Part shown: piece after piece, positions 23,001-36,000 of the stretch
Layout: each line of letters begins with the position of its first letter
Position numbering within the stretch: position 1 is the first letter of the stretch
Assembly: GCA_031835245.2 (NCBI GenBank)
Contig: JAVKOQ020000036.1
Span: 124,001-188,000, forward strand
DNA from: Balamuthia mandrillaris
Lineage: Eukaryota
Reading direction: 5' to 3'
Length of the DNA: 64,000 nt
Program-made: the position numbers and the translations under genes
Notes under the pieces: model-generated
What the model saw: the letters and a program-made list of their open reading frames with translations, nothing else
Database searches by the model: none
Told to the model about the DNA's origin: nothing

Positions 23001-23462
23001 GTCAGGAGCTGGACGAGATCGTGGAGCGGAAGGCCAAGGAGAGGATGAGCCCCTCAGCCTTCATCCGCGCCATGCTCGTCACGCCCATGTTCTTGGAGCA
23101 CTTTCAGGACATCTTCAGCGAGCACACCTCGAAGGGAGAGGAGGAGCTGGACCAGTTGGTCTGGGGCGAGGGCAAGGTCACGTTCATGCAGAGCTTGTTG
23201 AACGTGATGGAGCCGGACACGTTTGCCTCGGATGTGTTGCCGTTGTTTGATGAATGCCGTTCCATGCTCACCAGAGCAAAGGTTGGCTTTTTTTTATACA
23301 CTTCTCCTCTTCTTTGTTTATTGTAACAACTGGTTTTGTTGGGGTTTGTAGTTGTCGTTTCTTGTGGCACAGGTGTTACAGTCGAATCGCTCCAAAACTG
23401 TGCTAGACTATCTGCTTTCCACCCATGGTTGCTCTAGTTCCTTCTTTCTATCTTGCTTTGTT

Positions 23463-23516
<54 letters not shown>

Positions 23517-26146
23517 CGTTGCTCTTTGTTCGAACTAACAATACTGCCTCGAATGAACCAATGCAGATCTTCGTGGGCTGAACCATTTGGCTATAGCGAT
23601 GATATTCTTTAGCGAGGTGCCAGCAGTCATTTGGCCGTATCATCGCTCCACTATCGAGCTCGTTCGTCACGTCGTCAAGCTTCAACAACAGAAGCAACGA
23701 CAAAAAGGAGGAAGCGGAGAGGGAGACAAGGAACTGGAGCGATTCATGAACACGTTGCAAGATAACATCATTGCCTTCTTTGAGTACTATTACTTGAAGA
23801 TCGTGTTGGAGAGGATTCGCTCCCAAAAGTTCATTTACCTCTCTGTCTTTTCTTTCCTTGAGGAGAAGTATAAGGTACTTGGTTTGTTTTGTTATGTCGT
23901 GGTTTATTTTTCCTGTCTGGCTGCTAACCATCCTTTTGTTCTCTTTGCAACTAAATAGAATGCCCTTCAAACGCTGTGCAAAAGCTTGGAGGAAAACTCT
24001 CGTGAGTTTGTTCTTTCATGTATAATACCTGGTATAGGCTACCATACTGCCCGGATCAGCCTCTTTTGGAGTTTTGTGTTGATTCAGCTCATGTCCGACT
24101 CTTCCGCTGATATCAGAGTAGATTCCTTCTTCTTCGTTCAGAGTTTTTTCCATCTTTACTTCGTTTTAACTCATGCCTTGAAACAGAACTGCCTGAACTC
24201 TGCTGATATAATAACCCACATTCGCGCGCTGTGTTTCTCCAAGTTTGTTCATTGCCAGGTCATCCTCCCTTCTTCTTGCTGGTGATCGCTTCTCTATTAG
24301 TTTCACCGCTTGACTCTCTCTCTTTTTACAGTATGTTGCACGGCGACTATTCTCCATTCTTCAAAGCCAAACTTGGGAACAAAGCCTGTATGACTATTAT
24401 CGAAACTCTTCGGACACTCTTCTCCGCGATCTTACCGCCCTCCCTCGTTCCTTAACTTCTTCGTCCTCACCCTCCGCCTCTTCGCCCAACATCCCCGAAG
24501 ACATTCCATCTTCTCTTATCGCCATTCTCACCTTTGAGCTCTGCAAGTCTGTTCTTGCAGACAAGCTACTGAATGTACTTTCTTATGGCAACAACAACAG
24601 TCCCGCTACAACAACCTCTTCGATGATCGAACGTTACAGCTTTCTCCTAAACGAAAGCGTCATGAAGCAATTGTTAGAAGCGGTCGTGGTGGTCAACTCA
24701 TCTTCTTCAACTTCCTCTGTAAGTTTGAGACAAAGCACGGAGATGATAACGGAGCTGTTGGCGGACATGACCCAAGTACTGTACAAGTTAGGATTGCTGG
24801 TGATGACGGCTGACAACGATAAGAAAGCGGATAAGAAGGTTACCACCACCGCCATGCTAACCTCTGGCAATCCTGTCGTCTTGAACTTTAGTGGTAACTG
24901 AACCGTTGCAGTCATTCTTTTTTGGTTTTCGTTTATGCTAAGTAGACATTCTTTCAAAAAAGACATCGGAAAGATATTGGCTTTCATGCAGCGCATCACG
25001 TCTTCCTCTGAAAGGGCTTATGCTGTCAAGTCCCGTATCCTTTATTCTTCCTCCTGTTCTTCATTTTTCTGTTGTCTCGTTTCGCTCTTCATAGTGAGTA
25101 TTCAGCCTTCACCTTCACCTCACAGACTTGTTGCGAGTTCTGCAAAGCTTCATGAAGCTGCCTGGCACCTTTGCGTACGCAAAGAAGAACGGGGTCTTCT
25201 ATCCTCTGTACGATATCGATGCCTTTTTTCCCCATTTGCTTCTTCTCTGTATTCACAACAACAAATACAGGTTGGCAGAGAGTTGCAAAGATGGCAGTCA
25301 CATGGCTTTCAACAAGAACGCCTGGAAGGTGTTCTACTTGGTGATCGTTCACCACACGGGCGTTATGGACTGGCTCATCTCCAACCAAAAGCTGATGAAC
25401 CAGTTTCTCTCGGTGGTTGGAACAGCCTCCCACAATGTTGCTGTCATTAACGGGCTGCATTACCTCAGAAAACTGTTCCTGATGGTCACCAACTATCAAG
25501 AACGGCAGCAACAACAAATGAGTCAAGAGGAAGGACAAGGTTCTTCCGCTTCCTCCTCATCCTCTGTCCCTTCTGGTTTTGGAAGTGGACCCGTCCCTGG
25601 ATCGCCACTGCATCCACAGTCACCACTCCAAACATCACAGCTGCAAAAGAAACAACCTTTCAACAGCAACGCAAGCAGCAGCCTCAACAACCACAATCCC
25701 GGTGGCAACAACCTCGGCACTAGCCCCAACAATAACAACTGCATCAAGAAGAAGAAAGATCAGTGGAGGAAGGAAGAGAAGGATCCATTGAGAACGTTTG
25801 AGAAGGACGTCAAGAACTTGGCCTCTCATTATGTCTCTCGGCACATGTTTGTGAACGTGCACATGCTTTACATGAGGATGAAGGAAGGAGACCCTGGCGC
25901 CTCCTTTCAGGAGCTGGCTCGTTTTTACAGGGCCATTGTGACCAACCCTTCCTGCGCAAAGATATTGAAGAACCTAAAGTCGTCCGAGAAGGTTTGTGCT
26001 CTTTGTTTGTAGTTTAGCAATCACTGGATAACTAAAGAGCCTTGCCTCCTCCTCAACAGAATGTGGATTACAAGAAAGGGCTGGAGAGGATGAGCAAGAT
26101 GTTTGATGTTGTGGAGGAACAGGCTCCTCTTGTAGTTCACAATTGA
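20037..26146 (+). CDS. Large multi-exon hypothetical protein; Ser-rich N-terminal half and predicted helical (ARM/HEAT-like) C-terminal half
   Basis: Chain of + strand ORFs joined by GT-AG introns with sense pyrimidine tracts. The last exon, 26060-26146, reads NVDYKKGLERMSKMFDVVEEQAPLVVHN*. No family recognised. Confidence 0.7.
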
Positions 26147-26334
26147 AGAAAACGCATTTTTTGTTTTGTAGCCTCTCCTCCTCCAGCAAGCCATTCCATC
26201 ACCTCCTTCTGTTGGTGGCGTGTCGTGTGCGCCTGATCAAGTCTCTCTCCATGTCTCCCAAGGGCATCCATGTCCAGTTGCAAACCCTTGTCCACTGCAA
26301 CAAGGTCACACCCACAAGGGACCGGCCGGTCCTT

Positions 26335-27048
26335 TTATTTTGGTGGCAGTAGGAGCTGCTGAACGAGCGCCCCGATCTGCTTCTTGGAGGCAGAGTCGCC
26401 GAGCTTCTGCAGGGCAGCCTCCATCACCCTCTTCGTGTCCCTTGGGGAGGTGGCCCCGGTCTCCGCCACGGCCTCCCTCACCGCCTTCTCCACCTGCTCC
26501 GCCGTGGCCTGCCGGGGGAGGTACTCCTCCAGGATGGCCGCCTCCGACCTCAGCTGAGCCGCCAGGCCCGCCGCCCCCATGCGCTCGTTCTCCTGGATGG
26601 CCTGCTGGATCTCCTGGAGGAGGTCCCGCACGACGGCGATGCTCTCGCTGTCGTCCAGATTTTTGTCGGCGGCTGCGGCCTTCTCCTTGTAGGTGATCTT
26701 GGTGCGCATCTGGCGGATCACGTTGGTTCGGAGCTGGTCCTTGGCCTTCATGGCGGCCTTGAGGTCGTTCATCAAGCGGTCTTGAAAGGAAATGGGAGGA
26801 GGAGACGACTCCGCGGCGTAGAAGCGACGAGAGAACCCCTCGCCAAAGGACGGCGAGCGGATCGTGTTGGCGAGGGGAGTGGCTAGTGGGGAGAACGTAG
26901 TAGAGGAAGGAGCCACGCCGCCGTTGCGGCTTAACACAAGGGTAAGCCTGCGTAGGCCAGCATTGCCCTCCGAAGCGAATGCAGGATGCCTGCCACGGAC
27001 GCCAAGCTTTGCTCCCACCGGAGCGCAACCGCTGTTGAGCCTTCTCAT
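26335..27048 (-). CDS. GatB/YqeY-domain protein (Aim41-like) with probable mitochondrial presequence
   Basis: FQDRLMNDLKAAMKAKDQLRTNVIR, E.AILEEYLPRQ, VAETGATSPRD.KRVM. The roughly 100-aa N-terminal extension is rich in Arg, Ser and Ala and poor in acidic residues. Intronless. Confidence 0.88.
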   Translation of the reverse strand: MRRLNSGCAPVGAKLGVRGRHPAFASEGNAGLRRLTLVLSRNGGVAPSSTTFSPLATPLANTIRSPSFGEGFSRRFYAAESSPPPISFQDRLMNDLKAAMKAKDQLRTNVIRQMRTKITYKEKAAAADKNLDDSESIAVVRDLLQEIQQAIQENERMGAAGLAAQLRSEAAILEEYLPRQATAEQVEKAVREAVAETGATSPRDTKRVMEAALQKLGDSASKKQIGALVQQLLLPPK

Positions 27049-27156
27049 CTTTCCTTTCTTTCTTTCTTTTAGCTATTTTCTTGGAAAAGCTATAGCAAAA
27101 CTGCAGCACAGCCGAGCACATCAAGAGGAGAGGAAGAAGGGGCGTTGCCCTCAAAC

Positions 27157-28173
27157 TCAAAAGAAGGAGTCGGAAGAGGTGTCCAGGCCGGACATGAGAG
27201 CGGCGAGGTCCTGATGGCTTCCTCCTGGGCTTCGAGGGAAAGGTTGTTGTGGTGGCCGTGCGGGTGCCAGCTCATCAAATGCCTCTGCAAAACTGTCCTC
27301 CTCTTCGTAGACCTCCAACAAGGACCGGTCTGAGCCCGCCTGTTTGTTTGTTGTTGTGAGTGGAGAGCGAGAGAAAGAGGGAGAAGGGACACAAACCTCA
27401 TCCTGCTCCAAGAAATAGTCTACAGCTTCATCAAACTCATCCTCTCCTTCCTGCATCCCAAACTCGCCTTCTTCTTCTCCTTCTACCACTTCCTCGTCAT
27501 CCTCTTCTCCTTCCTCCTCCTCCTCATCCTCCTCCTCTGCAGCAACTCGAAAGTTTCCTCTGTCAGCACCGCTTCCTCCGCCAGGTATTATGACTTGCCC
27601 GTCTTTCTTTCGAACAATGATCCCGACCGGAGGTCCACACTTTACCGTCGCCACAGCATTCAGCTACTCTTCAAAAAAAAAATAATTTGTTTGTAAAAGA
27701 GTGATAAAGTGGAGAGAAGAAGAAGAAGAAGAAGAAGAAGAAGAAGAAGAAGAAGAAGAAGAAGAAGAAGAACAAGAAGAAGAAGAAGAAGAAGAAGAAG
27801 AAGAAGAACAAGAAGAAGAACAAGAAGAAGAAGAAGAACAACAAGAAGAACAAGAAGAAGAACAACAAGAAGAACAAGAAGAAGAACAAGAAGAACAAGA
27901 AGAACAACAAGAAGAACAAGAACAACAACAACAACAAGAACAATAACAACAACAACAAGAACAACAACAACAGGAACAAGAAGATGAAGATGAAGAAGAA
28001 TAAAGAAGAGAAAAATATATAACCTCGTTCTCATACTCTTTTTCCTCTTTCAACAAAACGGCTTCTTCGTCCAGCTCATCGAAGGACGGCATCCAGTGCC
28101 GTTTGGGCAGCAACGGCGGACGCAAACGCGGCTGCCCCGCAGAGAAGAAGAACCCTGGTTGCCTTCCCGCCAT
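27157..28173 (-). CDS. Small acidic protein, possibly APC/C subunit 15 (Apc15/Mnd2-like)
   Basis: Exons 28173-28024, 27663-27397 and 27339-27157 total 600 nt (199 aa). The layout PPLLPKRHW...EEAVLLKEEKEYENELNAV followed by a D/E tract resembles APC15 as I recall it. The gene model is solid; the identity is tentative. Confidence 0.45.
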
Positions 28174-28411
28174 TTTTTGTTGTCTCTTTGTTTTTTCGAA
28201 TTCATTTTCGATATTTGCACTAATTTTTCATTTTGTTTACAATTTTTTCTATTTAATTTCGATATTTGAACTATTTTTAATATTCGTACAATTTATTTTC
28301 TATATTTGCAATATTTTAATTTTTGTACAATTTATTTCCAAATGTTGCGATTATTTGTACAAAAATTTTCGAGAAGAAAAAAGAAGAGAGAAGAGAAGAA
28401 GAATGAACAGT

Positions 28412-30170
28412 TCAGTAGGAATAAAACTCCTCGACGTCGTCCATGCCGGACAAGATAGATGTCGGAGGCTGGGTCGAATCATAAAAGAACGGAACGTAGG
28501 AAGGATCGCTCAACGCATCACCTTGTTGCGGGTGTGGGGGTTGAGGATGTTGTTGACTCTCTCCCTCCTCTGGCGCCATTACAAAAGAATGTACATTGGC
28601 CCCTTGTTCCGCTTCTCCTTGCATCTCTTCCAAAAAGTTATTATTGTGGTCCGTTTGGTGTTGGTGATGATACAAGTCCATGGGTGGTTGAGGTGGGTGA
28701 TGTAAAGAAGCGTGAGAAGCCGATGAAGTATGCGCCGCAGAAGGGTAATGATGTGGTGGATAGGAAGGAGCGGCATTCATGTCATCTTCATCAATGTTAT
28801 TGTTGCTGTTATGTTGAACGTTCTCGTGGTAAGAGGGAGGAGAAGGTTGGGACGGTGGAGGAGGATAATCATGATACGAAGAAGAAGAAGAAGGGATATG
28901 AAGCTGTGATGAAGAGGAAAGTTGTCCTTCCTGTTTGATGTTGTTGTCATGATGGTTATGGTGATGAACGTCTGGATTTTGTTCAATCTTGATATAGCTC
29001 GTTTCCGTAGAAATTTGGGAGTTGTTATGTCCGTAGTGCTGCTGAACATAAGTTAACAAGCACGAAAGAAGAATAACAAAGAAACAAGAGCAAGAGATTG
29101 GAGAAGAAAGATGAGTGTTGGGTTCGATAGTTTCCAACAACCACAAAAGTAGGCAGAGGAAATTTGATGGAACCAAAACTAACCAACAAACACTTTTTGT
29201 TTGAAAAAGTATGTTTGTTTGGTACATTACTGTGGCACAACAAACACGCCCATGACCCACAAATTTGTTAATCGAAATAACAAAAAGTCACGGGTTCTAG
29301 CGTGTGCTCTTCAAAAAAAAAAAAAACAAAAAACAAAAAAAGAAAGAAAGAAAAAAGAAAGAAAAGTAATAGAAGCAGCGAGGACAGAGAAGAGAAGAAA
29401 GAGCTAGAGAGCAAGAAAAGGTACCATGCTCACAGGAACAAAAGGCGGAGAACGTTCGGTCTTCACAGGAAGTAGAACTGATTGCTGCTGTGCCTGTTGA
29501 GCACGGCCAATGTGTTTGTTGTAGGAAGGCGGACCGGAAGAAGGAGAAGAAGAATGAGGAGGAGGAGAGGAAGCAGGAGAGGAGGAGGCAGGAACAGCAG
29601 CGGTGTAATGTTGGTGTTGTGGTTGTGGATGATGCATATATGCTTTGGGTGAAGCAGGGGCGACTGGTGAGTCCACACAACCAGGACAGTTAGCGTGCGC
29701 TCCTCCTTCTGTTGATTGGTGTGTCGAAGGAGGCGTTGTTGGTGACGGGGAAGAAAGTCTATTACTACTATTATTGAAGGATGAATGAAAGGATGGTGAG
29801 GAAACAGGTTGTTGCTGTTGGGGGAAGTAGGGCGGTTGTTGCTGAGAAGCTGTCGTGTTGCTGCTGTTGCCATGAGGCGAAGAAACAGGAGCGTAATAAT
29901 AGTCAGGCATGCGCTGTTGTTGATAAAATTGTTGTTGCTGAGGTTGATGCTGTTGTTGGTATTGTTGATGTTGTTGGTATTGAGGTGGTGGATAAGGGGA
30001 GCGAGGGCTTGGGAGATGTTGGATTCGATTCTCGATGTAATGAGACAAATAGGCGTTGAACAAGACGAACAGTTGATGAAACGGTTCTTTAGATTCAGGG
30101 AGAGAGAAGGAGAGGGAGACAGAGGGAGAAGGAACGAAAAGTTGTTAGATGTAAATTTGAGAGAGAGAGG

Positions 30171-30210
<40 letters not shown>

Positions 30211-30425
30211 CGGATGTAAAGAAAGGAGTACTTACCAATGCTTGGTGCATCACGACAAGTGAGATCTCGCATAATAAGAGAAGTATAAAGAGACCAATTG
30301 AAAAGCAATTGGTAAGCAGAAGAAACAGAATCAGAGTGCAATTTCATATCTGGAAGTCTATATGACAGCCTCGCCATCGCCTTTGGTTGTTTGATTTGAT
30401 CAGTGGAGTGGAAAGCGGTGGAAAC

Positions 30426-30474
<49 letters not shown>

Positions 30475-32270
30475 GGTACCACAAGATAATTGTCAGCAAA
30501 ATGACGCAACCACTGCATACATTGCTCGATGGTAAAACCCTGGATCATCTCTCGTATGCCTTCCGTAACTGTAGTAGTTTAGAGAGAATTAAATTTAATG
30601 AATAGAGAAACGAGGGAGAAGATAAAGCAACGAAGGAGACGAATGAAGGGGAAAAGAGGACAAAAGTCCCAGTGTACCAGAGAGGATGACAGATTTGTTT
30701 GACGAAAGCATACCAACGGGACATTCCACAAACGTCTTGTCCTGAATTATATCTATCTCTACATCATCCCAATCTACTACCATTTGAGATCTCACACTCA
30801 AGGGAGAGAACATCTCTCTCGTCTTTTGCACCAACAGGCCTAAACGGCAGTTCTTACGGAAGCGAATGGAAAAGTGGAAGGCTTCTTGCAGTTTCCGTGC
30901 CGCCAAGCTCTGGTGACAGCATCGGGTGCCCTCTTGAACCCATGAAGTTACGGTCTTGGCAAAGTGAACAAGAGCCTCCAAGTGACCTTTCTCGAACGGT
31001 TGCAATTCGTTCTCAAAAAAATAGTCAAATATACTCTGGTGTAGAAAAGAAAATGAGAAAAGAAAGAAAAAGAAAGAGAAACGACGAAAGAGAAAGAGGA
31101 GGAGAAACAACGAGAAAAAAAAACGTACAGAATACACAAGTTTGTCTTTCTCGATAATAAAGTCGGAGAGTATGATCTGAAGGTCTGTCAAGAGGAGACC
31201 TTCTACCTCCTTTACCCAAAAAGCTTTTAACGAAGTTTCGGCCTTCCAAAGAAGAACAAAAAAGAGAAAGAAACAGAAATTCAGTTTATAAAAAACCAAA
31301 AGAGAGAGAGAGAGAGAGAGAGACCTGATCAAAGTTCAGACCGCATACGGAAGAGACAAGGAGTTGACAATGTACATGGTAGAGAACTAAAAACTGGCGC
31401 GCCTTCTTCAAGTTTTCCTCCTTGCTGTCCGCTAGCAGCGCCTCCAGCTCCCTGTCCCCCAGCTCAAAGTTGGGCAGCGTGGGAGGTTTCCTCGAAGCAC
31501 GATCGCCGTGTGAATAAACCAAACGACTGAAAGGAGGATACCAAAGTTTTAAGAAAAAACTCAACAAAGACGAAAAGGAGGAATGTAACCTTCCGTGAGT
31601 CCGTCGCCGACGTTTCAGCGGGCTAGCAACTCCACTGCCGCCACTAGAATCGTTCATTGGGGTCAACGAGGTATCGCTTGAACTTCTATTCCGCGTGGAG
31701 TGCGTGGTCATGCTTCGCGGTGAAGAAGGCAAGTTGCTAGAGTTACCATCTCCTCCCCCTCCTTTTTGTCCCGAAGACGACGACGAAGACTTGGAGCTGC
31801 GTTGAGCGACCCTTCTGCCGGTCTGCACTTGAGAAGGCATTTCCAAGGTGGAGACCGCGCTGAGACGGATGCCGTGGTAGTGGTGCTTGGTCTTGCCGCG
31901 CGGACCCAGGCGGCGGGTCTTCAGCTGCGGAAAGACGGAGCGGATGATCTTGCCAAAGTTGGCCATGTTGGTGCACTGCAGGTGGCTGGCTATGCAGAAC
32001 TCCTGGTAGTGCTGGTAGACCAGGTGCTTGGGCAGGCAGCTACTGTCGCTCTCCTCATAGTTGTGTTTGATCCTATTCAAGTTTAAAAATATCTAAGTGA
32101 TGAAGAAGAAAGAAAAGGAGAGAGGGGAAAAAAAAAACAAACCAGTCGATAACACGAGGAAGAGCCTCTTTCTTGGAGATCTTGGTCATGTTGGAGGAGG
32201 GCACGGCCTCCTCCCGCTCGTCGGCGTCCAGGTTGAGGTGGGACATGCCCTCCCCTACCATATCCATCAT
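28412..32270 (-). CDS. RFX-family winged-helix transcription factor with dimerisation region and Q/P/H-rich tail
   Basis: DNA-binding domain W/IKHNYEE...LPKHLVYQHYQEFC....NMANFGKIIRSVFPQLKTRRLGPRGKTKHHYHGIR. Also SQMVVDW (B region), TIEQCMQWL (C region) and FNWSLYTSLIMRDLT.RDAPSIG (dimerisation region). Confidence 0.92.
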
Positions 32271-33081
32271 TTTGTTTTTTTTTTTTTGTGCTTTTCTTCT
32301 TCTTGTGTGCAAGTTCTTCGGATTCGAAGGAGAAGGAGAAGGAGAGAGAGAGAGAGAGAGAGCGGAGAAAAACGGCGCAAACAAAAACGTAACAACAAAA
32401 AAATATATAATAATGATCTAGATCAAAAAATCACCGCTGCACTCCCCCCTCTCCTCTTTACTTTTTTTTTCTTTGCAGAATTTTTTTTGTGTGTGTGTTG
32501 GGTAGAAGTAGTAGGTCCGGCCAACACACACCAATCAACGATGCATCCAAAATAAAACGAAAAAAAAAAAAATCAAAAAATTCCTGATGAGACCACTCTT
32601 TTTTCTTTCATCCACTACTGGCTACTGCTACACTTTTCTTTTGTTCTGTTTTTTTCTTTTCTTTCTCTTTTTTACTACTTTTTTACTACTTTTTTTTTTT
32701 CTAATCGTTTGTATTTCTTTTCGCTACTCTTTTTTAATATTAGTATTATTCTATTGCTTTGGGGCGATTTTATTTCTCTCTATCACACTCGACACCCCTC
32801 CTTTGAGTTGGGATGGGTGCGCCAGCAGTGCAGGGGTTTGTCCGCCGAGAATCAGGGAGAAAAGGGAACGATCGAATGGACCATTTTTTGCCGTCCCGGA
32901 GGAACAATTCAAAGTGGCGGAGTTTTCGGTGAAGGAAAATAGCCGAGATATTTATCCGGAAAATAAATGATCGTTCTGATTTGGAAATTTTTAGAGAGAT
33001 CCTTACGGATTTATGGAAAAACAACATCTCGCAGATTTGCTTTCTATGGAAAAAGTAGCCTAATAGATTGTCCGTCTTTTA

Positions 33082-36000
33082 TTAGGCAACAAGCCAATCC
33101 TCCGCTATCCGCTGGGATGCTGCGGAAGTGGAGGACCCAGCGCCGAGGACGTGTTGTTGCATCCATTGCCACCGGGCCGCCGGCACACACCATCGCTGGA
33201 GGTGATGCGACGGTGGCTCCTTGTTATCGCCAAAGATCTGAGTGATTCGATATCCGCATAAATCGGAATAGAGATACTATTGGGTTTTTTTTTTTGTGTT
33301 TAGTGGTTGCGCAGAACAGAGCGAAAAGAAGCAGAAGAGCAAACCAACCTTATCTTCCGCTTCTTCGATGATTCGGTGCAGCATTTCCGTACGCCACCAA
33401 ACTTGCTTCGCTCCTGCTTCTTTCTGTTCTTCTTCCTCTTCCTCATTTTGTACGGCGGTGTCTTCATCATCAAAGATGAATGCAGCCAAGTGGTGAACAG
33501 CAATCCAATAAAGATGTTTGCAGCGAGAAGGTCGAATCTTGCCGCCCACCAACGCGCTTTCATAGATGGTGAGCATGTCCCTGTCTTGCTCTTTCGGAAG
33601 AAGATACGCCTCAAAGCTCGGCAGCAATTGTCCTTCTTTCCCATCTTCTTCGTTTTCCTCATCCGCCATTCCGTATTGTGGATGTTCAGGAAGAGAGAGA
33701 AGATAGAGCGAGTCGTTGAGTTGATTCCAAAGGGTTCTCCTGTACTCCACGCGGTAACGAGTCTGGAGGAAGAGGAAGAGGTACTGAGCGAACACTTTGT
33801 GCCCGAACGAAACGGACTGAAACTGATCCAACAGTCGAACAAAGAAGTTGTAAAAACTCTCTCCGATATGTTGTTCAAAGTCTAAAAAGCCGTTGGTCAT
33901 TCGTCTTGACGAGGCTGAGGTAGAAGAAGTAAGGAAAAGAACTAAGAGTTGTTGTAAGAGAGCCATAACGGCGTTGTCAAAGAGTTGGTCGGTTGGGCAG
34001 ATGAGAAATGCTTTCATCACGTGATAACATTTTATGGCTGGATTGATGTTTTGATGTATATCTGTTTAAAAATGTTCAAAGTGAGTAAATTAAAGTCGAA
34101 AGGCTGCAAGCAGAACGAAGAAAAAGACTGAAGACAACAACGGCTGAAAGAAAGAAAGAAAGAAAGAAACGACAAGAAAGAAAGAAAGAATGAATGAATG
34201 AAGAAAGAAGGAATAGGGCGAAAAAAAAGAAGCGCGAAAAGGTACATGAAGTAGGATCCAGCTCAAGGCTGTACAGAAAAGCTAACGTGCTTTGAACCAG
34301 CTCCAGCGAAGTCAAAATGATTTGTTCTGGTTCCTCTTCGAACTCAGCCCCCGGTGGCAGAGGCGTCATCTTGGAGAGCTGTTCGTAGTAATAAATAAAG
34401 GGAAGGAAAGGCCACTCTGGCGTCATATAAGTCAATAGCTGCTGACGAGCTGTTACCGCAGTAGCTAAAGAGGATGACAAGCAACACAAGGAAGCAGGAG
34501 GTCCTGCTACCATTGATTCTGTAGGCAGGTTTGTTTGTTTTTGTTAGTTAAGATAGAAAAGAGGCGTGATAAGCAGTCACGGGAGAACAAGAACAGAGAA
34601 AGAAAGAGAAACGAAGGAGAAACCTGGCTCAGGTCGTATAAATTCATCAGCAACGAACTTAAGAAGCTCTCTTCTGATAGTCTTGGCGGTAATGTGGGAT
34701 TCGACGGAGGACGCAGCTCTGTCTTCTTCCTCCATCTCAGATTGCTTCACACGAGATTGAAGAGGAGATGGTTCTGTTGACAACAGTCGCATCGCTATAG
34801 CCAATCGATCTACTTGTTTGCTCAGAGAAGAAGAAGTACGAAGCTGATCAAGATAGGGTAAGGAGCAATAGAGATACGTTTCCTCCAAAACGATATCATG
34901 CAAGACTTGATAGATCCTCCAATCATGCTCCGGAAGCATAAGAGAAGGAACAGAAGTAGTTTCTTGTTGTGCCACGCCTTTCTCATTGAAGAGAAGAGCT
35001 ACTCCTGCTGTATGAGCCATAATAGCTCTTGGAGGGATGTTTCCAGAAAGACTGTTGAATGCACAGGAGAAAAGTTGTTTGCGTTCATTTGCTTGTTGGT
35101 TGTTCTGAACGAAGAAAAAAGTTGTTGGCAAAGAGCAGAAAATAAAAACTGAGAAAAAAACCATACCTTATCCTGTTCTTCCTCTGTTGTGACGTTGTCA
35201 TTGCTGTAGTCAAAACGCGTGTCTGCAAGTTGAAGCAATTGCAATAAATGAAGAACGAGAGATTGTTGGATGCGCATAGTAAACCCATAAAACCAATTTC
35301 GGTGGCTGTAACCTAACATTCCTCCATCTGCTTTCTCTGCACAAAAGTTCATTGGCTATTGTTTAAACAAATGTAATTAAGTTTCATTTCAGAGGGGAGG
35401 AGAGAGGGAAACATGGAGAGAGAAACGTAACTGGATTATGAGGCAAGCTCGTCAACAAAGAGTTTAACGAGGGCAGAACCTCGGAAACACAGCGTCGAAG
35501 CCAGTCCTCATCCTTATCTTCCTTCTCATTTTTTCTTTCGTTTGTTTGTCGCGAAGAGGGAGAACGACCTAAAGCATGGCATATCTCCAAGATGTGATGG
35601 AACAACTTACTAAACCCCAACACAGCATTACAAGCATTACCAGCAAGAAGGAACGATCGTAACGCATTATTGTCGTCGTTCGGAAGAAATGTCTCAGGAA
35701 GAGCATCAAGAGAGAAGCAGAAAGAGCATCACAAATTAAAGTGTTGAGATGGAACAGAAGAACTTGACTGTGATCCAACAAAGGAACAACGTTGGTCCAA
35801 GTGACGGATAGTTTTGGAGACGTGAATCGAGCAGGTTCTGCTGCGACATTTGTCAAACTTGCAAAAAAGTTGAAGAGCGTTTGTGTTCGTTGACAATGTT
35901 GAGCAGAAATGATGGTCTTTTGTGTGGTTGAAGACGACGCAGAAGATGAAGCAGAAGAGGCAGACGATGAATGAAAAAAGGAGAAAGGCTGCATATGCTC

